64,000 nucleotides of DNA, taken from NCBI GenBank assembly GCA_964019335.1, contig OZ025668.1, positions 434,001-498,000 on the forward strand, in the 5' to 3' direction. Shown here one piece after another: positions 10,442 through 21,800 of this stretch. The translations under genes and the position numbers were made by a program. The DNA is from Diplonema japonicum (Eukaryota; Protista; Euglenozoa: Diplonemea). The notes beneath the pieces were generated by a model that was not told the origin of the DNA, did not search any database, and saw only the letters and a program-made list of their open reading frames with translations. Position 1 is the first letter of the stretch. Every line of letters begins with the position of its first letter.

Positions 10442-10570
10442 GAGGAACTGGCCGTTATTTTGTACGTGCCGGGGGTAAAAACCTAAGTTTATAAACCCCG
10501 AAAACCCGTTGCCAAACGTTTTCCCCCCTTTTTTTTTTGTTTGACAAAAAGTCAAAGACTCGTTCTTGCA
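10442..10570. repeat. Dispersed repeat family B copy (diverged)
   Basis: gaggaactggccgtt...caaagactcgttcttgca matches 27883-27995 and 39851-40029. Confidence 0.85.
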
Positions 10571-10762
10571 TGGAATGAAAAAAAAAAGGGAAAAAAAAAA
10601 CAAAAAAAAAAAACTAATGCTGATTCTCTCTAACGCCCGTAGGTAAACGAAAAACCCGGCTCGCATACACCCTGTCAATGTTTCCTATTTCCCCTCCCCC
10701 GAAGGTTTAAGGCTAGGTACCACAGGAGGAGAACATAACAACAAAAAAAAAAAAAAAAAATC

Positions 10763-12679
10763 TCAAACATAAACTAAATCCACGTACACAGGGATGTGGT
10801 CGGAGGGATGCTCGGCAGTGGGAAGGCTCTCGTTTACAGCAGGAACAGACATGGTACCGGCTACCTGAAACGTCTGGGGGCTATAGAGAGTATAATCGAG
10901 GACTTCCCCAAAACCAGGGGTGAAGATGGTCTTCCGCAGCGAAGCAGGGTTCGGGTTGCGCAAGGAAAACGGAACGGAGAGGGTAAGCGACAGTTCAGGA
11001 CCGCCGAAGTACTCCTGTGTGTAACGCCAGTCAGGGTCTGTAGGTTTGATCACCCCACCGTCGATCATCCTATAGGCGCAAGGGGGCTGTATCACCCTGG
11101 GAACCTTCATATCAATCCCCGTTGCCTTCACACCACAGGACAGAACAAGTGATAATGCATCGAAGAACTCCCGGTCTGTAGGTACCTCCGTCTTCTCATC
11201 AATCACGAAAACCCCTTTACACAAATCGTAATCAATGCTTGATTCAACCTTTACCCCGTCAATGGTCAACACACCGTCCATCACGTTCACCTCAATATCC
11301 CGTTCCCCTACCTTATATGTGCCCATTGTTATGTCGGGTTTGATGTCCATGGGACGAGAATGTGTCACAGTGTTCAGATCGCCCGTTAGGATCAGATTGT
11401 TTGCGTACCCTTTGTCGGCAGCATGGGAGTATAGAAGGAATAGTTGCAACGCTCTGATGACGTTTCCGTATGGGCGGAAGTACAGGTGGGTGTTGCAGTA
11501 CGCGAAGCTTTTCCCTGTTTTGACATCGGAAATCTCGAGGAATTGCGCGACAGAAACTACCGTTTTAAAACATTCCACTGTCGGTGCGTGGTTCACAATG
11601 TCCCCGAGGATGTGTGACGGGAACCCGAGGCCGGACGGATCGCCGCCCAACGGCAGTTTTTCCTTTTTAATGATTGTAAAGCGGGATGTTTTCCAGAACA
11701 CAGCACAGCCTTCTGCGCCGGTTCCAATCTTCGGAAGGTGCCACCCGTCGTATCCGAACCCCGAGAGGACCGAGAGAAGCTTTTTGAAAACGGTGTTTCC
11801 AGATTCTTGAAGGGAAATTATATCACAGTCCATTTCGATAATATCTTTCAGGATAACATGGAAACGGTAGCGTTGATCCAAAATGTCACGTTCGACATAA
11901 GGGTACAGAACCTCTCTGCCATAGGTGGTTCCGGCTGCGAACATGTCCGCGAGGATGTTGTAAGAACCGATACGAATGGCTTCGGATGGAAGTTCCGTGT
12001 TTTTTTTCCACGATTCGTATTTTTCGGTCAAGGCCGGGTGGAGCGGAATGGTGTCCTTGGAAGCCTCGATTTTTTTTGTAGAGACAAAGCCGTTCTCACC
12101 GTAGCATGTTATCGTTAAACCAACTCGCTTCCCAACCTCTTTTTCCGTTGGCGTAAAGTAACAGCTGTTCGTGCCCTCGTGACAAATATCCCCGTCATCA
12201 CATGTTGACCACATGTATCTTACTTCCAAAGGGTTAGATCTTGTCCCCAACATGGTGGCGTCAGCCTTAAGAGGAACACCTTGCATGGGCCATTCGTTTG
12301 ATAATGTTATGTCGGATACTACAGGTGGGTCGAAGAATACAGGAATGGTGTCTTTGCCGAATGTTAAACTGCAGTTGCCAGAATCCCAAGCTTCTGCGTT
12401 GGTTTTTCCGTTGATTTCGTGGGTTGGTGTGACGTCCATTTTGGCCCATTTGGAGATCTTTCCCAGGGTCTTCTCTGCTGCGACATCTTCCCATCCCATT
12501 ACGGTCTTCGTTTTGCCGTTCAGCCGTATTGTGAATTGGATGCCGTTCTCCTCCTTTCCCACGGGGCCGGACTTCACATGGTGCACCTCTACTCTGTTTG
12601 CGCTTTCAACACCAATCGACATCCTTCTTGTCCTCCCTATCACAAACACCCGTGTTGCAAATGATCCAAATCGATACAT
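10763..12679 (-). CDS. PDE12: 2',5'-phosphodiesterase 12 / CCR4-like EEP nuclease, probably mitochondrial
   Basis: Motifs SYNILAD, DIISLQE, EGCAVFWK, NTHLYF, GDLN, LDY and PSDHIP. PDE12-like N-terminal beta domain and an Arg-rich presequence. Confidence 0.8.
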   Translation of the reverse strand: MYRFGSFATRVFVIGRTRRMSIGVESANRVEVHHVKSGPVGKEENGIQFTIRLNGKTKTVMGWEDVAAEKTLGKISKWAKMDVTPTHEINGKTNAEAWDSGNCSLTFGKDTIPVFFDPPVVSDITLSNEWPMQGVPLKADATMLGTRSNPLEVRYMWSTCDDGDICHEGTNSCYFTPTEKEVGKRVGLTITCYGENGFVSTKKIEASKDTIPLHPALTEKYESWKKNTELPSEAIRIGSYNILADMFAAGTTYGREVLYPYVERDILDQRYRFHVILKDIIEMDCDIISLQESGNTVFKKLLSVLSGFGYDGWHLPKIGTGAEGCAVFWKTSRFTIIKKEKLPLGGDPSGLGFPSHILGDIVNHAPTVECFKTVVSVAQFLEISDVKTGKSFAYCNTHLYFRPYGNVIRALQLFLLYSHAADKGYANNLILTGDLNTVTHSRPMDIKPDITMGTYKVGERDIEVNVMDGVLTIDGVKVESSIDYDLCKGVFVIDEKTEVPTDREFFDALSLVLSCGVKATGIDMKVPRVIQPPCAYRMIDGGVIKPTDPDWRYTQEYFGGPELSLTLSVPFSLRNPNPASLRKTIFTPGFGEVLDYTLYSPQTFQVAGTMSVPAVNESLPTAEHPSDHIPVYVDLVYV

Positions 12680-12827
12680 AAAAGAAAAAAAAAAGAAAAA
12701 AAAAACTAAAAGGAACGTGGGGGAGAGGGAAGAAAAAAAAAAAAAAAAAAAAAAAAGGCGACCAGGGAAAGAAATAACACACGAGGTATTTTTTTTTTTT
12801 GTTCAAAATACACACTTAACGGTTAAC

Positions 12828-12858
<31 letters not shown>

Positions 12859-12865
<7 letters not shown>

Positions 12866-13850
12866 GCGGATACTTCGATGCCCTTTCTCCTGAAGAGTTT
12901 AATGGGGAAGTTTTCCGTGATTTGGTGGTTGTCCTCCAGCAACACGACCAGGTTGACCTCGAATTCGACTTTGAAGTTATTGGCGACAAGGGTGGGACAG
13001 GTGAACCACCGGGGGAAGATCATGTACAGGGGGATATCCAGTCCTTCCACGATATTGCCGTCTGCTATCTGGATGTTTTGTATTTCAGTGGCCTCCTTGG
13101 CAACACCTTCAGCGGCCGCGCAGAATTCAACACGAACAAGCTGCAGCTCAATAGATTTGATTTTTTGGGAGCACGCTTCCACCCTAATATTACCTGTTAG
13201 AGGTTTTGCAATATCGCACGTGTAACTATCCAATTGCCCAGCGATTCTAAATTGAGGTACATGTTGCAAATTGGCTTTTTTAACATTACGCAGGGTTTGC
13301 GGGTCGAGGGCAAACGGTAAAGCTTGTTGTTCCTCGTCAAACTCCGGTTTCCAACTCTGTCCTTGGTTCATCACATTAAATGTGGTCTGCTCCACCACAT
13401 TTTTCTGGAACATTCCCCTTGTCATTTCGACTGTTAGTGTGTATGATACGCTGACGAAGACACCGTGATAGCTTTCCAAGAGGCCTACGCTGCCTGGTTT
13501 GCTCACAAGGTCGAATTCAAAGGGAATTTCAGTGGTACCATCAGGGAGCTTCCCCTCGTTGACGATCGGGATCTCCACCGCCAGCAATTTCAGTGGTTTT
13601 ATCGTATTGTAGAAGGCCTCGAAGATCCCGACCGCTTTCGGCGACAGTTGCAACGCCACCGCTCCCTCTGCTCGCACTACTATTCCCTGAGGGTTTTTTT
13701 TTTTTTTTTTTTTTTTTTGAAAAAAAAATTCTTTTTTAATACATTATGTGTGCAACCTCCTTTTGTCGTAGCAAGTACCACACCCCTCACCGTTTCCCCG
13801 CTCATGTAGGTTCCTCCTACTCGGTCCACCCTTATGTCCAATGTTGCCAT
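12859..13850 (-). CDS. VPS26C: VPS26C/DSCR3 (retriever subunit), 2 exons (13850-13743, 13686-12859)
   Basis: LQLSPKAVGIFEAFYNTIKP, KEATEIQNIQIADG and IFPRWFTCPT. Exon 1 MATLDIRVDRVGGTY...HN joins GIVVRAEG through a 56-nt GT-AG intron (13687-13742). Confidence 0.92.
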
Positions 13851-14166
13851 TTTTTTTTTTTCTTTCTTGAGGGGTGTGTGTTTCCTCCCTCCTTTTTTTT
13901 TTGATTTTTTTTTTATTTTTTTTTTTGCTTATCGCCGAGAAGAAATAATTTGCAATTTTAATAAGGGAGTTTCATTTTTTTTACTTACAACAAAAAAAGG
14001 GGTAAAAAAGTGGAACACAAAAAAAGACGGGGGGGGGGAGAAAAAGAGACAACATAAGAAAGAAAGGAAAAAAAAGATATATAAAAAAATATGCAGGTAT
14101 TCTATTCACTAAATAAGAGGGGGGAGAGAGGATCTAAAAAAAGGGAGAGGTGGGGGGAGATAAAAT

Positions 14167-15508
14167 CTAATAATAATCAGGAGGGTATCCATACTGCGGC
14201 ATCTTCCTGTGGTCCTCCTCTTCGTCTTCATAGCTGTCTTCTTGGTCATAGTAAGACCCCCTTCGTGACCGGGTGGCGTAGGTGGTTGGCTGGCGAACGG
14301 CGTCCGTTTGATCGACAAAGGCGTTTGAGCGATCGTAGTCACCTATGTTCTGCCAACCAATGTCCCTTTTGAGATTCGCGTTCCATTGTGGGCGGGTGCG
14401 GGCGACTTTGGGTTCCTTTTTTTTTTTTTTATTTATTTTTTTTTTTTTTTCTCTTCCTCCATCATACCCTCAACGTGTCTGCCCACTGTGACGAGTATTT
14501 ATTCTCGATATTCCCCAGCTTCACCAGATGCTTCCCGTAGTTGAAGTTCTCCTTCCCCAGCTTCTCAGCCATTGTCCTTCCCCTCCTAGACGACGATCTG
14601 GTCCTTGTAAGATCCTCGGGAATCTCATACTCCACATTGTCGAAGTGCCGCATCAACGTCGAAGCATTTGACGCCCTCCTCCCTCTATGGTAAGACTCCT
14701 TGTGCGCTGATGACGAACGTGATCGGCGAGGAAGCGGGCGGTCAGGTTGATGTTGGGGATGGGGTTGATGTTGTTGCGGTACGGGTGGGATTGACACAGG
14801 GCGTTTTGGCGGCAATGGTGGCCGGTATGCTGGTGTCTGCTGGCTTCTCAACATTCGTTGCAGCTCGTCGACCTGCTGTTGAAGCCGCTCTGCACGATCC
14901 TCTGCTTCACGCAACGCGTGTGTAGTCTGCACTGCTGGCGGTGGCGGAGCTTGCATTCCCCCCTCCGCAGGTTCCATTCTACCCGGCGACACTGTCGGCA
15001 TCATACCCCCACCACCCGGGGAAGATCCTGGCGAACTACAACTTCTATTTAATTTATACTCCTGAAACGGTGTCATCTCCGTCTCTTGTTGAGGAACAGG
15101 TGCCGTGCCCCACCCCATGTTGTTAACGGGTGGCCGTGAGGTTGGTACAATGTCACGGTTCTCAGGGGTGACCACTGGTGTAGCCCATGCAACAGTCGGA
15201 GTACTGGTTTGCCTTGAGTACTGCCCCATGGCCTCTCCCCATGATATACTATTGGTTGGGTGTTGTTGTTGTTGTGTTGGGTTTTGTTCTGGTACTGGTG
15301 TTGTTGAAGGGGTGTTGTTTTCTCGCGATGCCGACCGGTACTTTCCCAGGACGTCGGGCCATCCTGACGCGCTGCTTGCTGACATTGTTTTCGCTATCTT
15401 TCTATATGCTTCCTCTACCCCATCGGGGCTTCCTTCCCTTTTTTCTTGTACTACCCGCCTCTCTTGTTCCGGGGAAGCCCACCAGTTGCCGCTTATCATT
15501 GTCGTCAT
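14167..15508 (-). CDS. Low-complexity hypothetical protein with coiled coil, 2 exons (15508-14468, 14415-14167)
   Basis: A GTATGA...AAG intron (14416-14467) joins WADTLR to an open frame EPKVARTRPQW...PPDYY*. Confidence 0.75.
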
Positions 15509-15843
15509 GTTCTTTCGTGTTCACGCTCGCATTAGCTTTTTTTCGTGACGAGAAATAAACAAAACAAAAAAAAACCACTGCCACCCCCCCCCACCACCTT
15601 TTTTCTGTTTTTGTAATATTTTCAAGGGACACGGAAGAAGAAAAAGAAGAATGAAAAAAAAAAAAGAAAAAAAAAAAACACCTCCATTATGACAGACATG
15701 TACCGTGTGAAAACGTAAGTAAATAATAAAAAAAAGATGAAAATATATCATGCATGATCAATGAAACGCAAGAGAGAGAAGAGGGGAAAAAAATGAGGGG
15801 AGGGGTGTGGGAGAACCGACGGAAACAAAAAATAAGGAGACAT

Positions 15844-16794
15844 CTACTCCAAAGCGGTCATCTTGTCAACCCTGCCCGCATGGCGGCCGCCTTCGAAAGA
15901 AGTGGTAAGGTAAGCGTTGAGCATCTCCTTGTGGAGGTCGGGGCCGGATGTGCGCGCACCCATGCACAGGACGTTTGCGTTGTTGTGGAGACGGCACATT
16001 TTTGCTGTGTATGCCTCATGGCAGAGGGCAGCACGAACCCCGGAGAACTTGCTGGCGGTGATTGCCATGCCAATACCGGAGCCACAGATCTAAGGGATTT
16101 TTTTTTTTTTTTTTAAATTTTATTTTTCTCTCCATACCAAAACACCCTTCCCACCGGTTTTGATGACCTCTGCGCACACTGCCGTCGCAATATCAGGATA
16201 GTCAACCCTGTCCGCCGTGTGAGTTCCCATGTCCACAACCTTCTTCCCAAGGGACTTTGCGTACTCCACCATGACTGCCTTCTCTTCGTAAGCAGCGTGG
16301 TCGCACCCGAAGACCAGTACATCGTCGTCGGAATCCTTTGCAGGTTCAAAGGTGGGCTTCTCGGTCATGATCTTTGCCACACGGTCTGCGTGGCGGCCGC
16401 CTGCGAACTCTGTTGCAAGGAAGGTGTCGACCATCTGCGACAGGATGGCCGGTCCTGAGGTGCGCGCACCCATGCACAACACGTTGCAGTTGTTGTGCTC
16501 TCTGCACATCATCGCCGTGTACTGGTCGTGGCACACGGCCGCCCGTATTCCCTTCATCTTGTTGGCTGAGATCGACATTCCTATCCCGCTTCCGCAGATC
16601 AGCACACCGCAGCTGTTCTCCTCGCTCAGCACCTTCTTGCACACCTCGGATGCCACATCTGGGTAATCCACCCTGTCCGTCGTGTGGACACCACAGTCCA
16701 CCACCTCCAACCCCATCTTGTTCAACTGTTCGACGACCTCAGCACGAGCTTTTGGGGCTGCGTGGTCACATCCGATCACCACTCTCCTGAACAT
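15844..16794 (-). CDS. rpiB: Ribose-5-phosphate isomerase B with two tandem RpiB domains, 2 exons (16794-16138, 16089-15844), 300 aa
   Basis: GCDHA, VDYPD, CGSGIGM, HNN.NVLCMGAR and GGRH each occur twice. Intron 16090-16137 joins GGKGVL to ICGSGIGM. Confidence 0.92.
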
Positions 16795-16941
16795 TTTCTA
16801 GCGTTGCAAGTGGGAGGGGATCTTCGTGTTATGTTCATTCACATCTTTTACACACAAAAAAAAGAGAAAAAAAAAAATATTACAGTTAACTGGGGTAAAT
16901 ATACTTTTTTTTTTTTCCTTTCTTTCTTCCTTTTTCACCAT

Positions 16942-18321
16942 TTAAACACCATCGCACGCCAGCCTCCGCACCTCCTCGACCATTGTGTAAAGCACGACGC
17001 TGTTGTCGTAGTGCATTCCGTCCCCACGGTGGAGGTGCTGGAAGGGGAGGGATATGGCGTAGAAGTCGATGGTGGGGATGCCGTATCGTGCTGCGAGACG
17101 GGCGGTGTGTGTATTCCACAAGCGGAGACGCGAGTTCGTGATGCGGAAGCCTTCAGAGTTTCGGCGGGGCTTGGGCCACGCTGGAGAACCTGCCCAAATG
17201 TACTTTGTAGGTGAGCCCTCCCGTGACGCGTTGATCCGGCGGAAGAGATCCTCTGTGTATTTGAAGAACCGTTCATGGGTCCACCCCATGTTAGCTGGCC
17301 ACGGACCAAACCCTACAACTGCGTAGTCAGGAAAATCGGTCGAACCTTTGAAAAGATACCTAGACCCGTTCTCGAGCAGGTCCGTCAGAAGTGGGTTGAA
17401 CGTGAACATCACGCGATGCCCGCCGGACAAAACCCTATCAGATTCACTTGTCTTTGTCAAAACAGGTGTCGTTCCTTCCCATGCAGCTTCGTAGTGCCGC
17501 CAGACTGTTCGGATCTGTGAGTCGCCGATGAAGAGCAACGATTTTTGTTTGCATGAAGGCGGCGGTGAAGCGGGGGATGTGGAGACCCATTCCCATTCCC
17601 CTGCCTTAACGTTCTGAAGCGGTTTGGGTTTTCGTTTTGTGTATCTGTGTGACAGGGGTGTCTTGGCGTCTCCACTGCATTTCAGCTGTACCTCGTACCC
17701 CTTCACCAGATACTTCTCCCTGAAGCTTGTTATCGTTTTCACTGTTTCCGTCACCCCGTTGAAGTGGTCTGTTTCCCATTTTACGGTGATTTTCGCGGTG
17801 ATTGTCGGGGTAGTTCTTAGAAGGGTGATCGGGGCGGTGAGCACGCAACGGTCTGTTTCAATCTTGTAGTCCGTTGGCGACATGATTTCGTTCGCTGTTT
17901 CGACGGTGATTCTGTAGTGATCCGGGCCTATTTGGTTTTTTAGAAGATGGTCCAATTGTTTGTTGTCGGTTATTCTTGCCCCGGAGTCCCATTTTGTGTC
18001 ACATTGTGTTCGTGATAGTTGGATCGATCCTTCGCAGTTTTTCGCATTCCAAAACAGCTTCCCTGACAGGACATTTCCCCCGCTTTTCAGTGCCGCTCCT
18101 ATAGTAAAGATTTCATTTTCGTTCTCTTCTTGCGTGGAGTTTTCAGGCACCGGCGATGGTATTCTTGTGCTGTGCTGGTTTTCCCTCTCCTGCACGACAA
18201 GCGGGGCGTTTTCTAGCTCCAGTGTAAATGTGTAGCAGTATACAATCACGCCAATGGACGCAAATAAGAGTACCCATGCTACCCCTGTTAAGAGCCTTCC
18301 TATGTGTTTGTGTCGGGCCAT
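16942..18321 (-). CDS. Type II membrane protein with SGNH-hydrolase-like domain (PC-esterase/TBL-like O-acyltransferase or esterase)
   Basis: Start taken at MARHKH, because the upstream ORF extension is homopolymer-derived. One N-terminal TM helix, FIGDSQIR and a C-terminal DGMHY (DxxH). Confidence 0.75.
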   Translation of the reverse strand: MARHKHIGRLLTGVAWVLLFASIGVIVYCYTFTLELENAPLVVQERENQHSTRIPSPVPENSTQEENENEIFTIGAALKSGGNVLSGKLFWNAKNCEGSIQLSRTQCDTKWDSGARITDNKQLDHLLKNQIGPDHYRITVETANEIMSPTDYKIETDRCVLTAPITLLRTTPTITAKITVKWETDHFNGVTETVKTITSFREKYLVKGYEVQLKCSGDAKTPLSHRYTKRKPKPLQNVKAGEWEWVSTSPASPPPSCKQKSLLFIGDSQIRTVWRHYEAAWEGTTPVLTKTSESDRVLSGGHRVMFTFNPLLTDLLENGSRYLFKGSTDFPDYAVVGFGPWPANMGWTHERFFKYTEDLFRRINASREGSPTKYIWAGSPAWPKPRRNSEGFRITNSRLRLWNTHTARLAARYGIPTIDFYAISLPFQHLHRGDGMHYDNSVVLYTMVEEVRRLACDGV

Positions 18322-18663
18322 TCTTTTTTTTTTTTTTTTACACCGACTTTTTTTTCTTTTTTTCCCGTTGGGCGAGGGGGGGGGGACAAAAAAAGGAAGA
18401 ACTAAATTGTAGTCTTTTTTTTTTTTTTTTTTTTTTTTTTCTTCCTTTTTTTTTTTTTTTTTTCCTTTTCGTCTCTCCTGCTCGTACAATGAAGAATGAA
18501 TGGGGGAAAAAAAAATTGACGAATAAGCTGCTCCCCAGTTTTTCTTCTTCTTTTTTTTTTTTCCTGATCGCCGCACATACCGGCCCGTTTCTTTCCTTAT
18601 GCTCTCTTGTCTTCCTCGCCTTTTATCAAAAAAGGGGGAGGGGACTATGGATAACGAGAAAAA

Positions 18664-18695
<32 letters not shown>

Positions 18696-18890
18696 CTGAA
18701 AATCAGAATGTGAAGAGAAACAAAAAGAAAAGGGTTTTGCTTTTTGTTTTTTTTTTTTTTTTTTGAAGAAAGAAATTCACCATTATAGGGGTGAGAAGTT
18801 AGTAGTGACTCCTACAGACACACACAAAAAACACACCCTCATCTAGCTGTCCTCCCCTTTTTTTTTTATTTATTTCTTTGTTCTTAGAGT

Positions 18891-21800
18891 TCACCCTTCT
18901 CTTTTTTTTGTGCTATGCCGGCGGTCGCTTGCAATTGGCTTTTGAGGAGGGGTAATGTCACCAATCCCTGCACCAAAGAGAGAACTGTGGTCATATTGTT
19001 GGTTTCCATTTTTCTTTTTTCCTTTTTTCTTTCTGCACACCTGAACGTATCGAAATAGACAGCCTGCCCGACCCAAGCCTGCAGCTGAGGGGACAGCTTT
19101 AGAACAGCATGGTGGAACATCCAATTTGAGAGGATTCCATGAAAGAACAGCTTTGCGAGGTCGAAATAGGACTTCTTCCCCTGCAGCCCATGATAGACGA
19201 GTTCGTCAGTGAGCCATCTGTGTTGTTTTTCTTTTTTTTTCTCTCAAAAAAAAAAAAAAAAAAAAATACCTGAATTCAAGATAGAGCCCCTCTACTGCTC
19301 CCAACGATTGCTCAAACCGAGACAGCTCATTGTGCACCGCATTGGCACAGCTTTTCCCCTTTTCACACCCATCGTCGCTGCTGCCGTCGGAGTCGTCTTC
19401 GTTCTCCTCCAGAGCAAGGACCCTCTCCTCCAAGGCTGCGAACACCTTGAACTGTCTCACCATTAGGAAGATCTTATCTCTCAACCTTTTAAAAAAGAAA
19501 GTTATTGTTACCCATCCAGAAGAAAAAAAAGTGAGGGCTACCTGTTAAAAGTCGTCATTGCAGGGAGCACGTCCTTCGGCAGGAAGCTCTGCACGCTCAT
19601 TCCTGCAAACGCGTGCAGCGTGATGAACTGTTTGTTTTGTTTTATTTTTGAGGAAGAAAATAAAATAAAATAAAAACACACCTTCTTCTCTTTGGGGATA
19701 CCCTTGTTGTACACAGCAAAATGCTCTTCAACAACAAAATTGGACCTCTGATGCTGTTTTTTGAGACCTTCTATCTTACTCACGTCCAGCGAGACTGTAA
19801 GAGTAAGTGTCTCCTTCGGGCCAAGCACGAACGGCGTATTGATAGGCATCGCTGCACCAAGAGAGAAGACGGACAAGGCAAACCGGCGGACCTCAACAGC
19901 TGCCGGTACAACCCACTTGTTGCTCAGCATGAGGAGTGCGGCAGAAGGGTCGTCAGAGCACGCCACGTTCAGCTCATGTGCCGACACCGACACTTGTGGC
20001 TCATGACACCACGCCTTTACCACAATGGTCTTTGTGAGGTCCTTCACCATCCTGCATTTCAGCGTGATTTCTGTAGTCAATTCTACAGCAGGCAGTCTAT
20101 TCTCAGCGCCCTTCCGTGAGCTCGCCAGGTACCATATGTACACTCTTGTTGTTTGGTGTGGTTCAACAGATAGTCTCTGAAAGGGACGCAGAGAGTGTAG
20201 TGTGAGCGACATCTCCAGCTGCACGTCCACGTCGGGCACCTGCTGTGTTGTGTGAGACACATTGAATTCCAACCGCGTGCTGCTGCTGTTCACGATGTCG
20301 ACGCACCTGTGCATCATCTGCTCGTCGTAGAACAGGTCGCCCAGTTCCATCTCGTACGTGTGCGGCCTAACGGGGGTCGTCGTCCTCCCGTCGACAAGAA
20401 TGTCAAAACACGAGGCAGCAGTGCTCCCCCAGGCCTGCACGTCGCCAGTGCACTTTAGTGAGATCGACTCCCCGAACACATCAGGCACCTCGAGCAGCAC
20501 GTACGTTGAGAAGGACCCAACGTTCTGCGTTGCAGCGCTTAATATAAGAGGCTGCTTGTCATGTGCATTGATCTTCAACTTCGACTTGTTCGCCCGCAGC
20601 CACCCCGTCTCGTTGGGAAGCTTGATGATGTTCACCTCAACGTCTATCGTACGCGACAGCATGTTCTCAATGTGCACCATCGTTGATGGCGGGTCGCCAT
20701 CCAGCTTTCCCGGTGTGAGGGCCAGACTGTACTGCCTGCACGTGTCTGTAGGGTCAAGTGCTTTGCAGTTGAGGAGTTTAAGCACAGGTGCGTCGTTGAG
20801 AGATATTTTGCTGATGTAGTCTTGTAGGTCAGATTCGGATGGGGGTTCGAGGTCTTCTAACCGCCTATCCTTCCCAGGGGACACAACGGATTCTGCTGAA
20901 GCCTTGTCGTCGCCTTGTATGCACGGGGAGTCTGCCCTGTCACGTTTTGTCTTATCAGAAACCTGCGCGACGTCTGCGGTCTGTGAGACATCCGGTACTT
21001 CACTCGAGTCACATGTTGGGAGCATCTCCTGTACCAGTGCGTGCTCATCGTCGTTCTCGGTGGTCGGCTTCATAAAGCAAATCGTTATGGCCTGCACAGA
21101 TATGGGGCAGTTCAGGTCCTGGAAGAACAGTAGCACAGAGTCGTGCAAGTGATCGTCCTGCATCATCAGAGGCACCTGCACTTTGATGTTGATGGTTACA
21201 GGCTCAATTCCTGCCACTGTGACACTCGGGACCTCTACGTGTATGCTGTACCCGTCCCGCATCACGGGCTTCGTTAGCAGGTGTAGATCGCGGCCGCTTT
21301 GCGCCTCCAAGTTCGCCACCTTGAAGGAGCCCTTGAACATCTTCTCGCTGTCTGTTCTGTTTGTCTCGTACAAAAATAGCTTCTTATGGCACGCGATTTC
21401 ATAGGTGGGTGCTTGGTGGATGTAACCCCATATCTCCTTCCGTGAAGAAGGGTACCCTGCAGACTCTACTATGAGATCCCCAAGGTGGATCTGCCTCGCC
21501 TCGACACTGCGGTCCCTCAGCCGCAGGGTCATAGAGTAGGTCACAACTTCGTAGGGAGAGATATTGTGGTCGATAAGGGCACTGGTGTCCCAGTCCGTGG
21601 ACTCGTTTTGTACGTGCACTTCTTTCTCTTGGGTATGTTCGGCCTGCTGGAGGTCTTCAAGGAGGAACCGCCACATGTGTTCAGCAAGGGTCTTGGTGAT
21701 GCACTGTCCAGTGATAGGTGTGCAGCGGACACGGAGACCTACTGTGGGCTCGTCACGAGTGAACGCAAGAGCGGGCCTGGAGGGGAGAGAGACGTTAGTA

